This document shows, piece after piece, positions 60,326-64,000 of a stretch of DNA of 64,000 bases. The notes under the pieces are model-generated. The model did not search any database. It was not told the DNA's origin and was given only the letters and a program-made list of their open reading frames with translations. The stretch is taken from NCBI GenBank assembly GCA_963702655.1, contig CAVPDO010000012.1, forward strand, positions 107,204-171,203. Reading direction: 5' to 3'. Origin of the DNA: an uncultured Actinomycetes bacterium (GTDB lineage: Bacteria > Actinomycetota > Thermoleophilia > Gaiellales > Gaiellaceae). The translations under genes and the position numbers were made by a program. Each line of letters begins with the position of its first letter. The first letter of the stretch is position 1.

Positions 60326-61966
60326 GTGAAGGGCTATGCGGCTTCGCTGCGCGCGTTCGCTCAGGTTTTCTCGAACCCGCGCGTGCGCAACGTCCAACTC
60401 GCCGACCTCGGCTCGACCCTCGGGACGTGGGCGTACGGCGTCGCCCTGCCCGTCTATGCCTTCCACGCCGGGGGTACGCGCGCCGTGGGTCTGCTCTTCT
60501 TCGCGCGCTTCGTGCTCGCGGCGCTCGCGGCTCCGTGGCTCGGCCTCCTCGCCGACCGCCGCTCCCGGCGACAGCTGATGCTGATCGCCGACATCGTCCG
60601 CGCCGCAATCTTCGCCGGCGTGACCGCGGTTGCGATCACGGGCGGAAGTGCCTACATCGTCTACGCGCTCGCCATCTCGTCGACGATCATCTCCGGCTCG
60701 TACCCGCCGGCGCAGGCCGCGCTGATGCCTACGCTCGTGGACTCGCCGGAGGAGCTCACGGCCGCGAACGTCGTGGGCAACACGATCTCGAGCATCGGCA
60801 TGTTCGCCGGACCGGCTGTAGCCGGAATCCTGCTCGCGCTCAGTGGCCCGTCCGCCGTGTTCGCGCTCAACGGTGCGCTCTTCGTCTGGTCGGCGGTCTT
60901 CATCGCCCTGGTTCCACGCGACGAGCCCCCTCCGCGCCCCGAGCGACCGCGCTTCCTGCCGGAGCTTCTGGCCGGCGTCACGACCGTGCTGAGTCGGCCG
61001 GCCCTCCGTGTCCTGGTCGGACTGACCGCGGCGATGACACTCGTCGACGGAGCGCTCGAGGTGCTGCTCGTCGTGATCGGGCTGCGGCTGCTGGAGGGCG
61101 GCAACGCGAGCCTGGGCTGGTTGAACACGGCCATCGGCGTCGGCTCGATCTTCGGCGCCCTCGTCGTCGCCGCCTTCGTTTCGCGCCGCCGGCTGGCGGG
61201 AGGTTTTGCGCTGGGGATCCTGCTCTCGTCCATCCCCCTCGCTCTCACTGCCGCCGTTTCCACCCTCGGACCGGCGCTCGTGCTCATCGGGGCGCTCGGG
61301 ATCGGCTCGATCCTCGTGCAGGTCAACAGCGTCACGTTGCTGCAGCGCTCCGCCGACAACGAGGTGCTCGGTCGCGTGTTCGGCTGCCTGCAGAGCCTCA
61401 TGCTGGGCGCACTCGCGATCGGTTCTCTCGTCACGCCGGGCCTCGTGAGCTGGCTCGGGCCGCACGGCGCGCTGATCGCGGCGGGCGCGCTCGGTCCCCT
61501 CCTGCTCGTGCCCCTCTGGCCGTCCCTCCGACGGGTGGACGCCGAGGCCGTGATCGCCGAGGAACCGCTGGAGCTCCTGCGGAGGATCGAGATCTTCGCC
61601 GAGCTACCCGAAGTGGCGCTCGAGCGTCTCGCTGCGGGCGCCGCGACGGTTTCGGTCGCCGCGGACGCAGTCGTCATCTCGCGGGGCGAGGCCGGCAATC
61701 ACTTCTACGTCGTCGCCGCGGGACGAGCTGCCGTCGAGCTCGACGACGGCACGATGCGGGAGCTCGGACAAGGTGACTTCTTCGGCGAGATCGCGCTGCT
61801 CCGCGACGTACCGCGGACGGCGACGGTGCGGGCGCTCGAACCGCTGCGGCTATTCACGGTGAAGAGAGACGAGTTCCTGATCGCAGTGACCGGCCACGCG
61901 CCGACGCTCGCCACTGTCGAAAACATCGTGACGACCCGACTTCCCGCAGGCGCCCTCGCAGGTTAG
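60326..61966 (+). CDS. MFS transporter fused to a C-terminal cyclic-nucleotide-binding domain
   Basis: GTG at 60326. 12 TM MFS region (LGLLADRRSRRQLM). cNMP domain FAELPEVALERLA...GDFFGEIALLRDVPRTATVRA. Confidence 0.85.
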   Translation: MKGYAASLRAFAQVFSNPRVRNVQLADLGSTLGTWAYGVALPVYAFHAGGTRAVGLLFFARFVLAALAAPWLGLLADRRSRRQLMLIADIVRAAIFAGVTAVAITGGSAYIVYALAISSTIISGSYPPAQAALMPTLVDSPEELTAANVVGNTISSIGMFAGPAVAGILLALSGPSAVFALNGALFVWSAVFIALVPRDEPPPRPERPRFLPELLAGVTTVLSRPALRVLVGLTAAMTLVDGALEVLLVVIGLRLLEGGNASLGWLNTAIGVGSIFGALVVAAFVSRRRLAGGFALGILLSSIPLALTAAVSTLGPALVLIGALGIGSILVQVNSVTLLQRSADNEVLGRVFGCLQSLMLGALAIGSLVTPGLVSWLGPHGALIAAGALGPLLLVPLWPSLRRVDAEAVIAEEPLELLRRIEIFAELPEVALERLAAGAATVSVAADAVVISRGEAGNHFYVVAAGRAAVELDDGTMRELGQGDFFGEIALLRDVPRTATVRALEPLRLFTVKRDEFLIAVTGHAPTLATVENIVTTRLPAGALAG

Positions 61967-62592
61967 GCCGTCTCGGCGAGCACGCGCTCGAGCGCGCGCA
62001 AGAGATCGAAGGCGGCGTCGCGCTCGTCCTCCTCCAGGCGGCCGGCGATTCGGGCCAGCGGCGCCAGGCGGCCCTCGCCGGCGAGTGCCTCGCGCGCCCG
62101 GCGGGCGCGCTGCAGGAGGTCGAGCGCGATCGCCGCCTGGTTCGCGAACAGGCCGAGCAGATCGACCTCCGCGAGCCTGAGCTTCGTCTCCGGCGGCCGG
62201 TCGAGCACCGAGAGCACCCCGAGCGCGCGCTCCTCGACGAGCAGGGGGACGGCCATCATGCTCTTCGGCACGTAGCCGGTCGATTCGGCGGCCGAGCGCG
62301 ACCAGCGAGTGTCGGCGCTCAGATCGTCGACGACGAGGGGCTGGCGCGTCGTCAGCACCCAGCCGGCGACGCCCGTGCCCGCCGGGAACCGCATCCCGAT
62401 CAGCTCGCCCTCGCCCCTGCCTGCGACCGCCTCGAAGACGAGCTCGTCCGCGTCCTCGTCGAGGAGAAATACCGAAGCCGCCTTCGCGCCGAAGATCGCG
62501 CGCGCCACCTCCACGGTTGCCTGCAGGAGCGCCCGGTGCGCCTCGTCCGCACCCAGCACACCGGCGGCGACGGCCGCCTCGAGATCGCTCAT
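61963..62592 (-). CDS. GAF-domain protein
   Basis: ASVFLLDEDADELVFEAVAGRG...GTGVAGWVLTTRQPLVVDD...SMMAVPLLVEERALGVLSVLD. ATGA overlap with the upstream S8 gene. Confidence 0.8.
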   Translation of the reverse strand: MSDLEAAVAAGVLGADEAHRALLQATVEVARAIFGAKAASVFLLDEDADELVFEAVAGRGEGELIGMRFPAGTGVAGWVLTTRQPLVVDDLSADTRWSRSAAESTGYVPKSMMAVPLLVEERALGVLSVLDRPPETKLRLAEVDLLGLFANQAAIALDLLQRARRAREALAGEGRLAPLARIAGRLEEDERDAAFDLLRALERVLAETA

Positions 62593-63440
62593 GCCGCCTC
62601 CTTCGCGTTCGAGGCCGTCTGGTAGAGGACGCTCTTGAGCTGGAACGGCGTCAGGTCGGGATGCTTGCCGAGGATGAGCGCGCAGATGCCGGCGATGTGG
62701 GGCGTGGCGAAGCTGTTGCCGGTGGCGCGGATCGTGCCGCCCTCCAGCCACGCGAGGTCGAGATCGAGGCCGCGCCCGAAGAACTCGACCGGCGGCGTGG
62801 GGTTGTAGTAGAAGGTCAGCCCGTCGGCCTCCTCGTGACTGCCGACGGAGATCACGCTGGCGAAGCGCCACGGGAAGCTCTCCACGGGCATGTTGTGGGC
62901 CGAGGCGACGAGGAGGACACGCTTGAAGTAGGCGCGGTCGGCGAGCTCGTGCAGCCGCTCCACGTACTTGGTGCGCGTCGTCGAGAGGCTCATGTTCACG
63001 ACCGGGAACTCCTGCTCGATCGCCCACGCCAGCCCGCGCAGCAGGATCTCGCCGCCGCCCTTGTAGCCGGCACCGAGGACGCGGACGCTCGTCAGCTCGA
63101 CGTCCGGGGCGAGCGCGCGCACGACTCCCGCGCAGGCAGTTCCGTGCCCGCAGAGGTCGCCTTCGCCGTCCTCGACGACCTGCAGCTCGCCTTCCTCGTC
63201 GCGGATGACCGCGACCGAGTGGTCGACGCGCCCGACGAGGGGATGGTCGAGCTCGATACCGCTGTCGAGAATGCAGACCCGGACGCCGGCGCCGGTCGAG
63301 CCGCCCCAGGCCCACTCTCGCGTCACCTGCTCGGGCAGCGTCACCGGTACGCGGATCCGGTCGACCGCCTCCGCCGGCAGGCTCCAGGCCGGGAGGTCCT
63401 CCTCCTCGGAGTGCTCGTGCAGCTCGATCGCGGTGGTCAC
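62589..63440 (-). CDS. Minimal S8 (subtilisin-like) serine peptidase without a signal peptide
   Basis: D (VCILDSGI), H (CGHGTACAG), N (SAHNMP), S (TGNSFATPHIAG). The acidic N-terminus has no hydrophobic segment. Confidence 0.85.
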   Translation of the reverse strand: MTTAIELHEHSEEEDLPAWSLPAEAVDRIRVPVTLPEQVTREWAWGGSTGAGVRVCILDSGIELDHPLVGRVDHSVAVIRDEEGELQVVEDGEGDLCGHGTACAGVVRALAPDVELTSVRVLGAGYKGGGEILLRGLAWAIEQEFPVVNMSLSTTRTKYVERLHELADRAYFKRVLLVASAHNMPVESFPWRFASVISVGSHEEADGLTFYYNPTPPVEFFGRGLDLDLAWLEGGTIRATGNSFATPHIAGICALILGKHPDLTPFQLKSVLYQTASNAKEAA

Positions 63441-63447
63441 CGGTCGA

Positions 63448-64000
63448 TCATCGCAAGATCCGCACCGGAGTCCCGAGGGGAACGGTCCGCATCAGGTAGC
63501 GGACGTCCGCCTCGGTCGCGTGCAGGCAGCCGGCCGAGACCGCCGAGCCCTGTCCGGAACCGGTGTGGATCGCGACGTAGTACGTCAGGTGCGTGTTCCA
63601 GCCCGGGGGGAGGTGCGGCTGACGCGCAGTCAGGGCCAGGATGCAGCAGCCGAAGGCGGGACCGAAGTCGCCGGTGAACTTCTCCGCGACGGCGAAGCGG
63701 CCTATCGGGGTGGGAGACCCGGGACGGCCGACGCCGATCGGGATCCTCCGGACGAGGCGGCCGTCCCGCAGGACGTCGAGCTGCCGCCGTGAGAGCGAGG
63801 CGCGAAGCCTCCATCGGATCGGCCGGACGGCGACGCTGCTGCCGAACTCCACCCAGCCGTAGCGGCCGTTGGGCAGCGCGTCGGTCGTCACCTCGACCCA
63901 GCGACCACGGACGCCGACGACGCCGAAGACGAGCGGGCCGCCGAACGGGCCGCGACGCCCGACGCGGACGAGCGGCCTCCCGTCGGGCTGCGCGCGAAGT
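63448..64000 (-). CDS. L,D-transpeptidase (YkuD) domain protein, 5' end beyond the window
   Basis: IAIHTGSGQGSAVSAGCLHA catalytic motif. The frame stays open upstream of the GTG at 63891 to the window edge. Confidence 0.8.
   Translation of the reverse strand, partial: LRAQPDGRPLVRVGRRGPFGGPLVFGVVGVRGRWVEVTTDALPNGRYGWVEFGSSVAVRPIRWRLRASLSRRQLDVLRDGRLVRRIPIGVGRPGSPTPIGRFAVAEKFTGDFGPAFGCCILALTARQPHLPPGWNTHLTYYVAIHTGSGQGSAVSAGCLHATEADVRYLMRTVPLGTPVRILR

Noticed and set aside
59817-60329. Track ORFs 59817..60038, 59822..60004, 59834..60064 and 59922..60329 in the small-peptide region
   Set aside because: They are Arg-rich or Ser/Cys-rich frames that cross the hairpin terminators and lack SD sequences. 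The hand-translated 48-aa minus-strand ORFs with consensus SDs explain the region better.

Overview
High-GC (about 70%) chromosomal segment that looks like Actinomycetota. The taxonomic guess is an inference from leaderless starts, LPXTG/sortase, a SARP-type regulator, PimA-like GT4 and codon bias. I saw no rRNA, tRNA, CRISPR array, transposase or integrase. Layout: (1) 0-4.4 kb: MoxR ATPase, a disrupted ftsH and a universal stress protein. (2) 4.6-27.5 kb: a cell-envelope polysaccharide locus. It has a priming sugar-phosphotransferase, a Wzz/BY-kinase fusion, two Wzy/O-antigen-ligase-like proteins, a Wzx flippase, GT4, an epimerase, GtrA, a NodB deacetylase, GNATs and a beta-helix protein. 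It also holds an unusual JmjC-like cupin / ATP-grasp / cupin cassette, plus a sortase and a roughly 40-residue LPFTG substrate. (3) 27.5-29.6 kb: a NarL-type two-component system. (4) 30.2-39.5 kb: a signalling island. It contains three paralogous kinase-less sensor-like membrane proteins, a DUF6220-like membrane protein, a heavily frameshifted AfsR/SARP-like regulator and a PP2C-HATPase fusion with two STAS proteins. Four copies of a 22-bp promoter-associated element tie these together, and I rate this the most interesting signal in the window. (5) 39.5-51.6 kb: mixed transport and redox genes (two DHA2 MFS pumps, MarR, a CaCA antiporter, a CrtI-like oxidoreductase, a di-iron ferritin-like protein, a PimA-like GT4 and a secreted GH-like/IPT protein). 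(6) 51.7-64 kb: a GGDEF/EAL sensor, a secreted S8 protease with a Trp-pentad repeat tail, an APH-aminotransferase fusion, an ECF sigma pair and a cyclodeaminase. This last block also has two tandem 48-aa acidic His-peptide genes, an MFS-cNMP fusion, a GAF plus leaderless-type S8 peptidase pair, and a partial L,D-transpeptidase. Many gene junctions are 4-nt ATGA/GTGA overlaps (17169, 22226, 28229, 31928, 39176, 58895, 62589), which supports the operon calls. The sequence as given carries many single-base frame disruptions; whether they are technical or biological cannot be settled from the sequence alone. All family names come from motif recognition by eye, and no database search was run.
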